From the sequence record PQ066597.1: a stretch of 64,000 bases of DNA; one strand, given 5' to 3'. Position numbers and translations under genes: made by a program. The notes under the pieces were generated by a model. That model had not been told where the DNA came from. It made no database searches and saw only the letters and a list, made by a program, of their open reading frames with translations. This document shows, in pieces, positions 52,278 to 61,219 of the stretch (position 1 is the stretch's first letter; each line of letters opens with the position of its first letter).

Positions 52278-52505
52278 TTAAACATAAAGGGTTTTGATGT
52301 CAGAGCGATTTTTCATTTCTTCCACTTGTGAATCTGCAACTCGCATGGTTTCATTTCTCGGATAGGAACAACTGAACGGAATGCATTCGTCAACCAAGTA
52401 ATCCATAACCTTTTTCTTGGCCTTAGAAGGATCCATAGCAGAGACCAGAAAGCTTTCCATACCGTTAACAGTTTTCATCACAACAATATAATTAAAGAAG
52501 TTCAT
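52278..52505 (-). CDS. hypothetical protein
   Basis: Start ATG 52505 downstream of promoter 52537-52564. Confidence 0.65.
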   Translation of the reverse strand: MNFFNYIVVMKTVNGMESFLVSAMDPSKAKKKVMDYLVDECIPFSCSYPRNETMRVADSQVEEMKNRSDIKTLYV

Positions 52506-52700
52506 GTTAATTCCCTCGGCTAATTTCGATATGGATATCTTACCAGAACAGATCACTGAGTCAACCAATAATTTCAGCGGAACCACAATTAACACGAACT
52601 ATCATATCCGACAAACTTGACATACAGGGTTCACCAGATTCATAAACCCCATATTCCCCAGTGAAAGTGATGATGTCGTTACCGTCTTTGATTTTCATGA

Positions 52701-53102
52701 TTAACCCCTTTGAACTTTAGCAACGTTTTTCTTGAACTCTTCAACATTCTTTTCCATCAACTCAACAAAAGCAACCGGTGCCTTGCGAGCTTTAGCAGCA
52801 TCAAGCTGGTCTTCCAGATCAAACAGCTCACGAGTGACGTAGAGTTGAGCAATGGTTAGGGTGTATTTGTCGGCCTGTTCGTCAGTCATATCAGCAACAA
52901 CACCATAGTTCCGACCATTGGCGATATCAACACCGTGCTCAGGACGGAAGTGGTTACCGAGCATTGCACCAGTCTCTGGATGACACAGGGTCATTTGCTT
53001 CTTACCACAGGATTTCACAACAGCTCGGAACCAAGAGAAGGTGCCTTTACCGTCTACGCTTGCAACCTGAATAACAACCTGACCTTTGGTGAATGCTTTC
53101 AT
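52701..53102 (-). CDS. hypothetical protein
   Basis: Start ATG 53102 downstream of the conserved leader. Confidence 0.75.
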   Translation of the reverse strand: MKAFTKGQVVIQVASVDGKGTFSWFRAVVKSCGKKQMTLCHPETGAMLGNHFRPEHGVDIANGRNYGVVADMTDEQADKYTLTIAQLYVTRELFDLEDQLDAAKARKAPVAFVELMEKNVEEFKKNVAKVQRG

Positions 53103-53171
53103 GATTTTTCCCTTTCCGTCTCTCGTTTCGATATGGATATAGTAGCACAACCAGTTTTCAAAACAACTAAT

Positions 53172-53699
53172 TTATCGGTATATCTTCAACAAATCTCCAT
53201 TCCAGTTTCTCATTTTGCTGCTGTCTCGTTCCGCACGGAGTTCACACTGGCGATTGTGATAAGCTCGAACTTCTTGATTATGCATATCCAGTTCCAGATT
53301 TGCAACACGCACCAGAGTAGAAAGAGTCGAGTCCGGAATAGTACACTCTTTACGTGCGTTATCCATATGGTTTTCGTAAAGGTCATCAAACGGGATATCG
53401 CAGTAGCCATTAGCTACATTACTAATATTGGCATAGTGTCCTGCTACGGATTTCATATGGCGATTGACTTCATATGAACTATTACTCTGTAGTAGCCAAC
53501 ATTTGTTAACAGGGTCGAAAACAATCATATTGCTTGAATGACGATCCGAATAATGAATCTGCTGTTCAGATGTTTTGTTCAACCAAGACCAACATTGGGC
53601 AGGAACATTACCAATACGATCAGGGAATTTCTGGTTTACATAGTCACATGCGATAGCAATATCAACCGGATGAGACAATCGAAAACACCAATACTTCAT
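53172..53699 (-). CDS. hypothetical protein
   Basis: ORF track. Confidence 0.65.
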   Translation of the reverse strand: MKYWCFRLSHPVDIAIACDYVNQKFPDRIGNVPAQCWSWLNKTSEQQIHYSDRHSSNMIVFDPVNKCWLLQSNSSYEVNRHMKSVAGHYANISNVANGYCDIPFDDLYENHMDNARKECTIPDSTLSTLVRVANLELDMHNQEVRAYHNRQCELRAERDSSKMRNWNGDLLKIYR

Positions 53700-53712
53700 A
53701 GCTTATATCCTT

Positions 53713-53934
53713 TTATTTCAGAACGAATTTAACGATTTCATAATCGTCTGGTTTGATGTATGTGTATATGTCATCATTACTATTAGCTAGCGCATCCTTT
53801 ACATCGTTGATGTTGGATTCTGTATAGGGAAACAAAGCGGTATCGGTATCATCCACCAAATAAGTGCAATCACCACACACATCCAGTTGAGCCAACTTAC
53901 CAGTCTTCTTATGTTTTAACGCATAGAGAATCAT
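53713..53934 (-). CDS. hypothetical protein, paralog of 53987-54214
   Basis: YALK.K.TGK.A...VCG...YLVDD. Confidence 0.7.
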   Translation of the reverse strand: MILYALKHKKTGKLAQLDVCGDCTYLVDDTDTALFPYTESNINDVKDALANSNDDIYTYIKPDDYEIVKFVLK

Positions 53935-53986
53935 ATTTTATCCTTGATTGAAAGTAACAACAATTCCCATTTTACAAAATCATCTT

Positions 53987-54214
53987 CTAAATTTGAATTT
54001 CCACGATATCGTATTGTTCTGGATCGATTTGGACAAACAGATTGTCGTTGACACCATCCAACGTATCTTGAATTTTCTGTGAGGTGGTTTCGGTGTAGAC
54101 AAAAGCAACTGCATGGTCTCCAATTGCTTCATCATCTACCAAATAAACAGCTTCACCACACACCTCTACCATAGCAACTTTACCAGTATATTTGTTTTTC
54201 AGTGCATAGAACAT
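53987..54214 (-). CDS. hypothetical protein, paralog of 53713-53934
   Basis: YALK.K.TGK.A...VCG...YLVDD. Confidence 0.7.
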   Translation of the reverse strand: MFYALKNKYTGKVAMVEVCGEAVYLVDDEAIGDHAVAFVYTETTSQKIQDTLDGVNDNLFVQIDPEQYDIVEIQI

Positions 54215-54217
54215 ATT

Positions 54218-54442
54218 TTATCCTTGGTTGAAAGTAACAACAATTTCCATCTCATGTAACGCCTTACCATACAGCTCGATAGCGTTATAACCGGTTGGGT
54301 CAAAATGTACTAACCCTTCAACGTCAAAATGATTACCGAAGAAAACAAATTCTACTTTTGCATTTGGATCTCGTTCTTGGAGAATCTTAATCAAATCACA
54401 ATTTTTCAAACTTAATTTCTCCCACCAGAGATTCAGAAACAC
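54218..54442 (-). CDS. hypothetical protein
   Basis: ORF track; start uncertain. Confidence 0.5.
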   Translation of the reverse strand: MFLNLWWEKLSLKNCDLIKILQERDPNAKVEFVFFGNHFDVEGLVHFDPTGYNAIELYGKALHEMEIVVTFNQG

Positions 54443-54626
54443 GGTCGTAAATCATAATTGTTTTTGCGTTGTATGGGCTATCGAGAGAATCCACTAGTTT
54501 CAACCAGCAAGGGAAATCAGCTTCTTCATAATAGGTATAACTCTCTTCCCATGGACCGATAGTAGCAACAAAATCGCCACGGGTTTCGAACCAAACATAT
54601 CCCAGAGCTTCCATAATCTTTTTCAT
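54396..54626 (-). CDS. hypothetical protein
   Basis: ORF track. Confidence 0.65.
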   Translation of the reverse strand: MKKIMEALGYVWFETRGDFVATIGPWEESYTYYEEADFPCWLKLVDSLDSPYNAKTIMIYDRVSESLVGEIKFEKL

Positions 54627-54629
54627 ATC

Positions 54630-54911
54630 TTATTCCTCAAACAGCCAGTTGCGAACTTGGTCACGCATAACCCCGTACATGTATTTGGTCATTTCATCAG
54701 CAGCGATATCATTATCACATGCATCATAATCGATGACCCGACCGAAGAAGTTGCGGAGAGCAATACACTGAGAATTGCACAACTCTTGTCCTTCCATCAT
54801 ATCGCGAAATGCGCGAGACTCAGGGGAAATTGTCAGAGCGATACGACTGTCGTGATAAGCCTTGATGCGGTTGATTAGTTCGGCTTGGTGGTCGGTAAAA
54901 AGAATTTTCAT
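54630..54911 (-). CDS. hypothetical protein
   Basis: ORF track; early promoter 54942-54969 upstream. Confidence 0.7.
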   Translation of the reverse strand: MKILFTDHQAELINRIKAYHDSRIALTISPESRAFRDMMEGQELCNSQCIALRNFFGRVIDYDACDNDIAADEMTKYMYGVMRDQVRNWLFEE

Positions 54912-54941
54912 TTCAATTTCCTCATCAGTGGGTACATAGGT

Positions 54942-54969
54942 ATATTACCAGAACTAGCTATAGAGTCAA
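54942..54969 (-). promoter_or_regulatory. early promoter
   Basis: TTGACT-N16-TAATAT with TCTGG. Confidence 0.7.
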
Positions 54970-55205
54970 AGACTTTTTGAAATTATTTTAGCCATCAGAC
55001 AAGTAAGAATGTTCGTTTGACAAATCCAAAACAATACCACCGGGTTTGTTCCATATTTCAGGGTAATCGTGGTGGTGCAGACTACTAGAACGATAGTAAA
55101 GACCATGAGAATATAAGATAGAATCACATCACGATTGATCTTTTCCCCTAGCTGGACAATGAAGTATATCGGAGCATAACAAGATAATGCTACCAAAGAA
55201 ATCAT
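54966..55205 (-). CDS. membrane protein
   Basis: Hydrophobic throughout. Confidence 0.55.
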   Translation of the reverse strand: MISLVALSCYAPIYFIVQLGEKINRDVILSYILMVFTIVLVVCTTTITLKYGTNPVVLFWICQTNILTCLMAKIISKSL

Positions 55206-55206
55206 A

Positions 55207-55593
55207 TCAAACCTCCGGCTTATTTTTGCGATGGTTTTCCAGAGCTTCGATCAACTCCTTCTCTTTCTTCTCCCAATTTGCCAACAACAAAGCTTTCTTT
55301 TCTTCCATCTCCTTTTCTTTCTTCTTCAAATTGGCAACCATCAGCTCATTCTTTTCTTCGTCTGAGAGGTTTTCAACTGGGACAAGATATTCTTTTACCA
55401 TATCTTCTGTGTAGAAGCACCAACACCAAGGATATGAGTCGATGTTATATTCAGTTCCACTATCCATGATGATGGATATGATACCGGGTCCGTCCGTCTC
55501 TGTTACCGTGAAAGAAGAACCCAACACAAGTTCGGGAAATTCTTTGTGGAAATCTTCAAAATCTTTTTTTACAGTATAACGTTGGTTCAGCAT
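55207..55593 (-). CDS. Pin-like SH3-type domain plus coiled coil
   Basis: FPELVLGSSFTV.E...GII.I.MDSG..YNI...WCWCF. Confidence 0.65.
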   Translation of the reverse strand: MLNQRYTVKKDFEDFHKEFPELVLGSSFTVTETDGPGIISIIMDSGTEYNIDSYPWCWCFYTEDMVKEYLVPVENLSDEEKNELMVANLKKKEKEMEEKKALLLANWEKKEKELIEALENHRKNKPEV

Positions 55594-55736
55594 AATATCT
55601 CCTTAACCGTTCAACATCGGGATGATAACGAAAAGAACAACACCAACAATACCAGCACAGATCAAAGTCTCTTTGTGCTTGGTGATTTGGAACTTAGCGC
55701 GTTTCATAGCAAATTCAAAGTTGGTCATGTCATTCC

Positions 55737-55952
55737 TTAGATAGATACTTTGGGGATAAAATCGTAATCCGCCCCACCACGGTATACATAGAGTATACCA
55801 GAACCATCCTCAAACTTGCAATAGGTTCCGTCAAGTTTAGTATGTGGTGTGTACACAACGTTCGGGATCTTACTAACTGGGTCAAACAGATTTGACTGTG
55901 GGTTTGCATAACCTTTGTCAACGAAAGCATAGTAAGTGGTTTCGATATCCAT
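55737..55952 (-). CDS. hypothetical protein, paralog of 46211-46486
   Basis: YYAFVDKGYANPQSNLF. Confidence 0.7.
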   Translation of the reverse strand: MDIETTYYAFVDKGYANPQSNLFDPVSKIPNVVYTPHTKLDGTYCKFEDGSGILYVYRGGADYDFIPKVSI

Positions 55953-56069
55953 AAATTTATCCTCGGTTTGTTTTGGAAAGAAGGAAAGTACCAGTTTGTC
56001 CTTCTTTCATCTCTCGTTTCAACAAGGATAGAATAACAAAACGCTTACCCGAGAGCAAGCGTTTTTGAA

Positions 56070-56282
56070 TTATTTTTCCAAAATTTCGAAAAAATGGGAT
56101 TCGTCGGAGATGTTGATGGTGTAGCAAAGTACCCCTTTCCCATTAAAAATATCCCACCATTCTTCATCTACAAATCCAACAGGGATGGGGTTCATTCCAT
56201 ACGCATCCACGAGTTCTTTGTTGTTGCGATCTATCGTCGCATACACATTCATAGCTTCTTCTGATTTAAAACGGACTTTCAT
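56070..56282 (-). CDS. GoF/ComC-alpha-like protein
   Basis: MKVRFKSEEAMN.Y...N..LV..YGMNP. Confidence 0.7.
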   Translation of the reverse strand: MKVRFKSEEAMNVYATIDRNNKELVDAYGMNPIPVGFVDEEWWDIFNGKGVLCYTINISDESHFFEILEK

Positions 56283-56291
56283 AATTTTTCC

Positions 56292-56501
56292 TTAAATGTT
56301 GGTTAAAAAGTAATGATGTTCGAATTGTGGGAAGACGAATTCAATATCCCCATTCTCATCTAGATAGTCCCACCAAGCACAATCTGGATCTGTATCTACC
56401 TCAAATGGGCTCATACCAAAACGTTCTACCACAAGCTTGTTATGACGGTCTTTTTCACCATATTCGTTCATGGCTTTTTCTGACACAAAACGGACTTTCA
56501 T
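56292..56501 (-). CDS. GoF/ComC-alpha-like protein
   Basis: MKVRFVSEKAMNEY...N..VVERFGMSPFEV. Confidence 0.7.
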   Translation of the reverse strand: MKVRFVSEKAMNEYGEKDRHNKLVVERFGMSPFEVDTDPDCAWWDYLDENGDIEFVFPQFEHHYFLTNI

Positions 56502-56510
56502 AATTTTTCC

Positions 56511-56834
56511 TTATTCTACTTTGAAAGTAACAACAATCGCACTACCCATAGAACCATTCCATTCTACCTTGGTGTCTTCTATGGAACCAATCTTTTCTAC
56601 CAGATCAATTACATTCTCTTTTGGTTGGTTGTACTTGAAGTCGATATACATTTTGTGATATCCGGTTTCTTCAACTGTACGATACATTGCATAGTTGTAC
56701 TCGCGGTATGCATCAGTCAAATCGGTTTTACGGAAGATAGCAATCTTTGCTGTATCCACCTTGCGAATGGCCTTGCGAAGTTTAACCACTTCACGATGAG
56801 CCTTGTTAGATGTTTCTGTGATAAATTCTGTCAT
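56511..56834 (-). CDS. hypothetical protein
   Basis: ORF track; promoter 56867-56895 upstream. Confidence 0.7.
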   Translation of the reverse strand: MTEFITETSNKAHREVVKLRKAIRKVDTAKIAIFRKTDLTDAYREYNYAMYRTVEETGYHKMYIDFKYNQPKENVIDLVEKIGSIEDTKVEWNGSMGSAIVVTFKVE

Positions 56835-56866
56835 GGTAATTTCCTCTTCTTTGTTTCAACATAGAT

Positions 56867-56903
56867 AGGATAGCAAAGGGCTTGAACGATTACAAGCCCT
56901 TTT
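56867..56903 (-). promoter_or_regulatory. early promoter embedded in a terminator-like inverted repeat
   Basis: TTGTAA-N17-TATCCT within AAAGGGCTTG/CAAGCCCTTT. Confidence 0.65.
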
Positions 56904-56907
56904 TAAA

Positions 56908-57144
56908 TTATCCTCTTATCTTCATCAAGAAACGGTCTTCGTCAAATGGAGATACAACATACCGCCAACCAAAACAATCTGGATAACGATTATAGATGAT
57001 TTCTTCAACTTTGTTCTCAGAAGATTCCAACCATTCCCAATTTTCATCAGAATTGTTTTCTTTTACAGCTTTATTTGCTTCGTCAGACTCTTTCAACAGA
57101 ACAAACAGCGGGTCATTACTTACCACTTCAAAATATTGATTCAT
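56908..57144 (-). CDS. hypothetical protein
   Basis: ORF track. Confidence 0.65.
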   Translation of the reverse strand: MNQYFEVVSNDPLFVLLKESDEANKAVKENNSDENWEWLESSENKVEEIIYNRYPDCFGWRYVVSPFDEDRFLMKIRG

Positions 57145-57145
57145 T

Positions 57146-57400
57146 TTAAACCTTCTTTTCCGATTTACTCAACGGCCATGTTAGTCCATTCTTTGTTTTC
57201 TTGATGGACATCTCTCTTATGACCCGGTTTTCTCTTTCGTTGCGTATGTTACATTGAGGACACCCATATTCGTAATACCTAACTCGGTGTTCTTCGCAAT
57301 ACTTGACTGGTGTCATTTTAACCTTCGATTTTACAATATCCACTGTACCATGGTTTCCAACCGAAATCGCTATCATTAAACCATACCTCAACATTATCAT
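57146..57400 (-). CDS. small Cys/His (Zn-finger-like) protein
   Basis: YCEEH...CPQC; likely start MTPVKY. Confidence 0.5.
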   Translation of the reverse strand: MIMLRYGLMIAISVGNHGTVDIVKSKVKMTPVKYCEEHRVRYYEYGCPQCNIRNERENRVIREMSIKKTKNGLTWPLSKSEKKV

Positions 57401-57653
57401 GACCTGTGCCTTGTACTGAGTCTAGACCCCACCCAAGACCACACGAATATTGTTTGAGAACCGGCTTTTTGGAATATGCGTAGAACAATCCATCGGAATC
57501 CATAACAACATATTTGTATTTCTTTGGAAAGTAACAACCTATCCAATCTCGTTCACATGTCATAATTTCTTTTCTGGTGGAACACTTTTCGTTAAACTTA
57601 CTCAGGTAAAAGTCAATACCACAACGAGTTTCAACGATCTCTTTCTTTGCCAT
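57318..57653 (-). CDS. hypothetical protein
   Basis: ORF track. Confidence 0.65.
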   Translation of the reverse strand: MAKKEIVETRCGIDFYLSKFNEKCSTRKEIMTCERDWIGCYFPKKYKYVVMDSDGLFYAYSKKPVLKQYSCGLGWGLDSVQGTGHDNVEVWFNDSDFGWKPWYSGYCKIEG

Positions 57654-57654
57654 T

Positions 57655-58212
57655 TTAAGCCTTCTCTTTCCATTTTACAATTTTCTTTTCCATAGTAGAA
57701 AGGAAAAGATTTTCGATAGCTTGCTTGTTCATATCACCACAGGCAAGAGCGAACATATCCATAGCAGAAATAGCCAAATCTACAGCTTCACCGCGAATAC
57801 CATCCTCACCCGGTTCCTTGTAAGACAAACCGTTTTCGATCTGTACCTCCAAAGACAATTCCCCGAGTTCTTCCATACATTTGGAGAGAACGTAATCATA
57901 GGATCGCTTTTTGGAAGTATCAACCCGACCAAGTTCAACCGAGGTAGTGAAGATGGTTGACAAGCTTGGTTCTGGTTCATATTCTTCCAAAATAATTTCT
58001 GGATCTGATGGGGCAGCGAAACACCATGCACCATGATCATAATAAGGATTTACCTGTTTACCATAACAATAAACGTCGCGAGTCCACAAATAACCATTTT
58101 GATCGTCGATGTAATGACATTCAATCACATCACCGGTAGATACGCCGAATTCATCTGATGCATCTGCATGAATGTACACGATTTTATATTTCTTACCAAG
58201 TTCATATTTCAT
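57655..58212 (-). CDS. SH3-like domain fused to MazG-like NTP pyrophosphohydrolase
   Basis: KCMEELGEL...IRGEAVDL..SAMD (EExxE...ExxD). Confidence 0.8.
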   Translation of the reverse strand: MKYELGKKYKIVYIHADASDEFGVSTGDVIECHYIDDQNGYLWTRDVYCYGKQVNPYYDHGAWCFAAPSDPEIILEEYEPEPSLSTIFTTSVELGRVDTSKKRSYDYVLSKCMEELGELSLEVQIENGLSYKEPGEDGIRGEAVDLAISAMDMFALACGDMNKQAIENLFLSTMEKKIVKWKEKA

Positions 58213-58222
58213 TTTCTGATTC

Positions 58223-59785
58223 TCATTTATAAAGATGATCTAAGATTACCTTAGCCATTTGGTCTTTGTCAAGCTTAATCAACTTGTTGTAAAGTCGTTT
58301 ACCAACTTCTATTTCAGGAGTGTATCCTTTCTCCCTGATCGTGTCAATCAGTTCTGGGAGAATTTTAATAATATCAATCCAGTTTTGAAGGATTTCTGTC
58401 GTACCATCAGCAAACTCGTCGGGTGTGATGATAGGATGCTCCATATCCTGTCTGTATGGCTTTGTGAGACGTTCCAGTTCTTGTGGGATAGAACCGTCCT
58501 CGAACTTGAATACAATTAGCTGGTGAGGCTTGTACGACGTTTTACGAGCTTGTTGTTTGATACGTTGATCTAAGAAGTTTGTGATACCTATTTTGAAAAA
58601 CTCGTTTGTATCTTTATCGTAGTTTGTCCAGTTGGTTACGTAAAGGTATCCGGGTTTCACTGGTCTATATCCATATTCCGCACAAGAAGGACAACCACGA
58701 TCACCATGAACAAGGTCATTATAAGAAATCTGATAATATCCGTGATGAGGACACCACAATTTTACTTTAGATTGTGCGTTTTTATATCCATTTGGTAGAC
58801 CCTCAAATTCATGACCTTCAAATTTTTCAGTTTTTAAAACAGATAGAATCTTGCCAACTGGGTCTTGTTCTTTCAGTTTATCTTTGGTTGATTCCACTCC
58901 ACAACTAGAGCACCCCTTACCACCATGAATTAAGTCAGAAAACCTAATATTATAGTATCCGTGATGAGGACACCACAATTTTACTTTAGATTGTATGTTT
59001 TTATATCCGTCGAGAATACCCCCAAATCTATGACCTTTATATTTTTCGTTTTCTGTTAAGTGACGTTCCACAAGAATACAAATTTGGAATTTTTCATACT
59101 TATGATTTTTTGCACATCCACAAGGGATATAACCCATTTCTAATTGATACTTTGTTGTTGTAAACGGCTCTGGGTATAAATCTTCGTCACTATTACAAAC
59201 CGAACAGTATATCTTAAAATGTAGTTTGTTATCTGCATAACCTAAACATTTGTGAGTTTTTAATGCTGTATTCTTTTTTAAAATCCGATTTATTAATACT
59301 ATATCCTGTTCTTCTGTCTTAGTTTTTGCCCTATTGGAACACCCACATGGAATCCGTCCAGACATTAAATGGCCTTTTGTTGTTGTAAAAGGATTGGGGT
59401 ATAATTCTTTATCATGGGAATGTATTGGACAATATATTGAAAATATTTCGTTACCACCGACAATAACACCAGTCGAACCTTCACATTTATGACCATACAA
59501 ACCAACAGTCGGTAATATTCTGTTGATCAAAATAATATTTTGTTTTTCTGTGTATCTTTTTCTAGAAGAACATCCACACGGTATTTGTTTCTTGTTTAGG
59601 TTTCCTTTTCTACTTTCAAACAGATGGGGGAACAATTCTAAATCGCGGGAGCATATTGAGCATGATAGTTTGTACATCTTTTTACTACCCTTCAACCCAT
59701 TGTCACCAACAACAGTCAACACCCCACCTTTCGGAGTAGGAAAAGTTTGTCCAATGAAATCATCTACAGGGTACTGACCACACAT
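58223..59785 (-). mobile_element. free-standing homing endonuclease (repeated Cys/His Zn modules plus C-terminal GIY-YIG-like domain)
   Basis: Repeats CS-x-C..D.ELY...PCGC and KVKLWCPHHGYY..DL.HG..GC..C; C-terminal GYLYV...FKIGITN...RI. Confidence 0.75.
58737..58994. repeat. 39-bp direct repeat inside the endonuclease gene
   Basis: TATCCGTGATGAGGACACCACAATTTTACTTTAGATTGT at 58737-58775 and 58956-58994. Confidence 0.85.
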
Positions 59786-59852
59786 AATCTATTCCTCAGA
59801 AACAACAAAAGCCTATATCAGCTAAGATACAGGCTTTGGATTATGAAGTCAA

Positions 59853-60587
59853 CTATTTCAAATTGTTAAAGTAACGAAGATGTTTGGGATTATCCACATC
59901 CACCGGACGAACTCGTTTACTCTTCTTTTGATCTACATCAGCTACGTAAGTATAACCGTCAATAACCATAATATTTTTCAGCCTGTCGTCATGGGTGCTA
60001 TTTTCGAACTTAACGACGTTTGGAGATACGTAGATGAACTTATCCAACTCACAGAAGATTGGATATCCCCCAGCTTCTACAATCGATGTGATTGTACTAT
60101 CAAACATATCTTTAACATAACCGTCGAACCGTCCATCAATAATATTTGTATTTTTGTAAACTGCGGTAAAGAATGAATTCACTACAATACGGGAAATGAT
60201 TTCTACCCCATATACGCCCCGCATATGCTCGCGTACTTCATTAAGGGTATCAATGACATCCTTGATTTTCATACCGTACACAATTTCATCACCATAATGT
60301 TTACTGAGAATCTGATTGAACATGTGGCGATAACTAGATTCCCAGATCTTGTTTTCTTTACCACCTACAATCAATCGACCTTTACAACTGGTGATTTTAG
60401 AATATTGTTTACCAACTGGAAACATGAGAAGTTTTGCTGGGTATTCTTTTACCTGTTCGAGATACAAAGGAGAAGCCGGATTATTATAGAAGTTATTCAT
60501 CACCAAACTATATTCGTCTTTTCCAATCTTGTTTACGAAACCACTTTCAGCCAGTTCATTAACAAATTTAACAATTTTATCAAACAT
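59853..60587 (-). CDS. hypothetical protein, possible degenerate family-B polymerase palm
   Basis: RIVVNSFF (cf. KxxxNSxYG) and YPIFCELDK (cf. YGDTDS). Confidence 0.5.
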   Translation of the reverse strand: MFDKIVKFVNELAESGFVNKIGKDEYSLVMNNFYNNPASPLYLEQVKEYPAKLLMFPVGKQYSKITSCKGRLIVGGKENKIWESSYRHMFNQILSKHYGDEIVYGMKIKDVIDTLNEVREHMRGVYGVEIISRIVVNSFFTAVYKNTNIIDGRFDGYVKDMFDSTITSIVEAGGYPIFCELDKFIYVSPNVVKFENSTHDDRLKNIMVIDGYTYVADVDQKKSKRVRPVDVDNPKHLRYFNNLK

Positions 60588-60651
60588 CTTTCATTTCCTC
60601 ACTTAGTTTAGGTAAAGCCCAGTCGGAACATCCTATGGGCTATTTTCTTTT

Positions 60652-60894
60652 TCACTTTACAATATATTTTACATTACATTCTTCAAACACACAACGATGA
60701 TAATAATCACTGAGGTTTACTTCAATCCATTCGGAAAGTGACGTATCCATATCTGGAATATCCCATGCATGAAGAACGTTGTCAATATATTTGAAACTAT
60801 CACTGTGTAGTTCGTCATCCCATTCCAATACCATAACGAATGCACCATTTTGGGGCATAGTATCAACTATTTTCATTTGGTAGTTCCCACACAA
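60652..60894 (-). CDS. hypothetical protein
   Basis: ORF track; likely start MKIVDT. Confidence 0.6.
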   Translation of the reverse strand: MCGNYQMKIVDTMPQNGAFVMVLEWDDELHSDSFKYIDNVLHAWDIPDMDTSLSEWIEVNLSDYYHRCVFEECNVKYIVK

Positions 60895-61063
60895 CGCAAA
60901 CTCGACCCATCTCTATGAAATCATGAGAATCCGTATAAAACCCATTTACATCAAAATCATAATAAATACCAAGAAAGAAACACCCACGAGAATCCTTAAA
61001 TAAATACTCTCGACCTTCCTCTAATTCATAATGGTTCGCCACTTTAAAAGACATGCGGATCAT
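60863..61063 (-). CDS. hypothetical protein
   Basis: ORF track. Confidence 0.6.
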   Translation of the reverse strand: MIRMSFKVANHYELEEGREYLFKDSRGCFFLGIYYDFDVNGFYTDSHDFIEMGRVCVVWELPNENS

Positions 61064-61219
61064 CCTTCTCAGAAACTAAGGATGGAACAAACCCATCTTC
61101 TGCCATTTTCTGAAAGACTCCACCCTGTGCGATGGTTTCTTTTAGACGTAGTTCAAAATACTCATCATCCATCTCCAACAACTCATAAAATGCCTTTTCC
61201 ATAGCTTCATCTTTTGACA

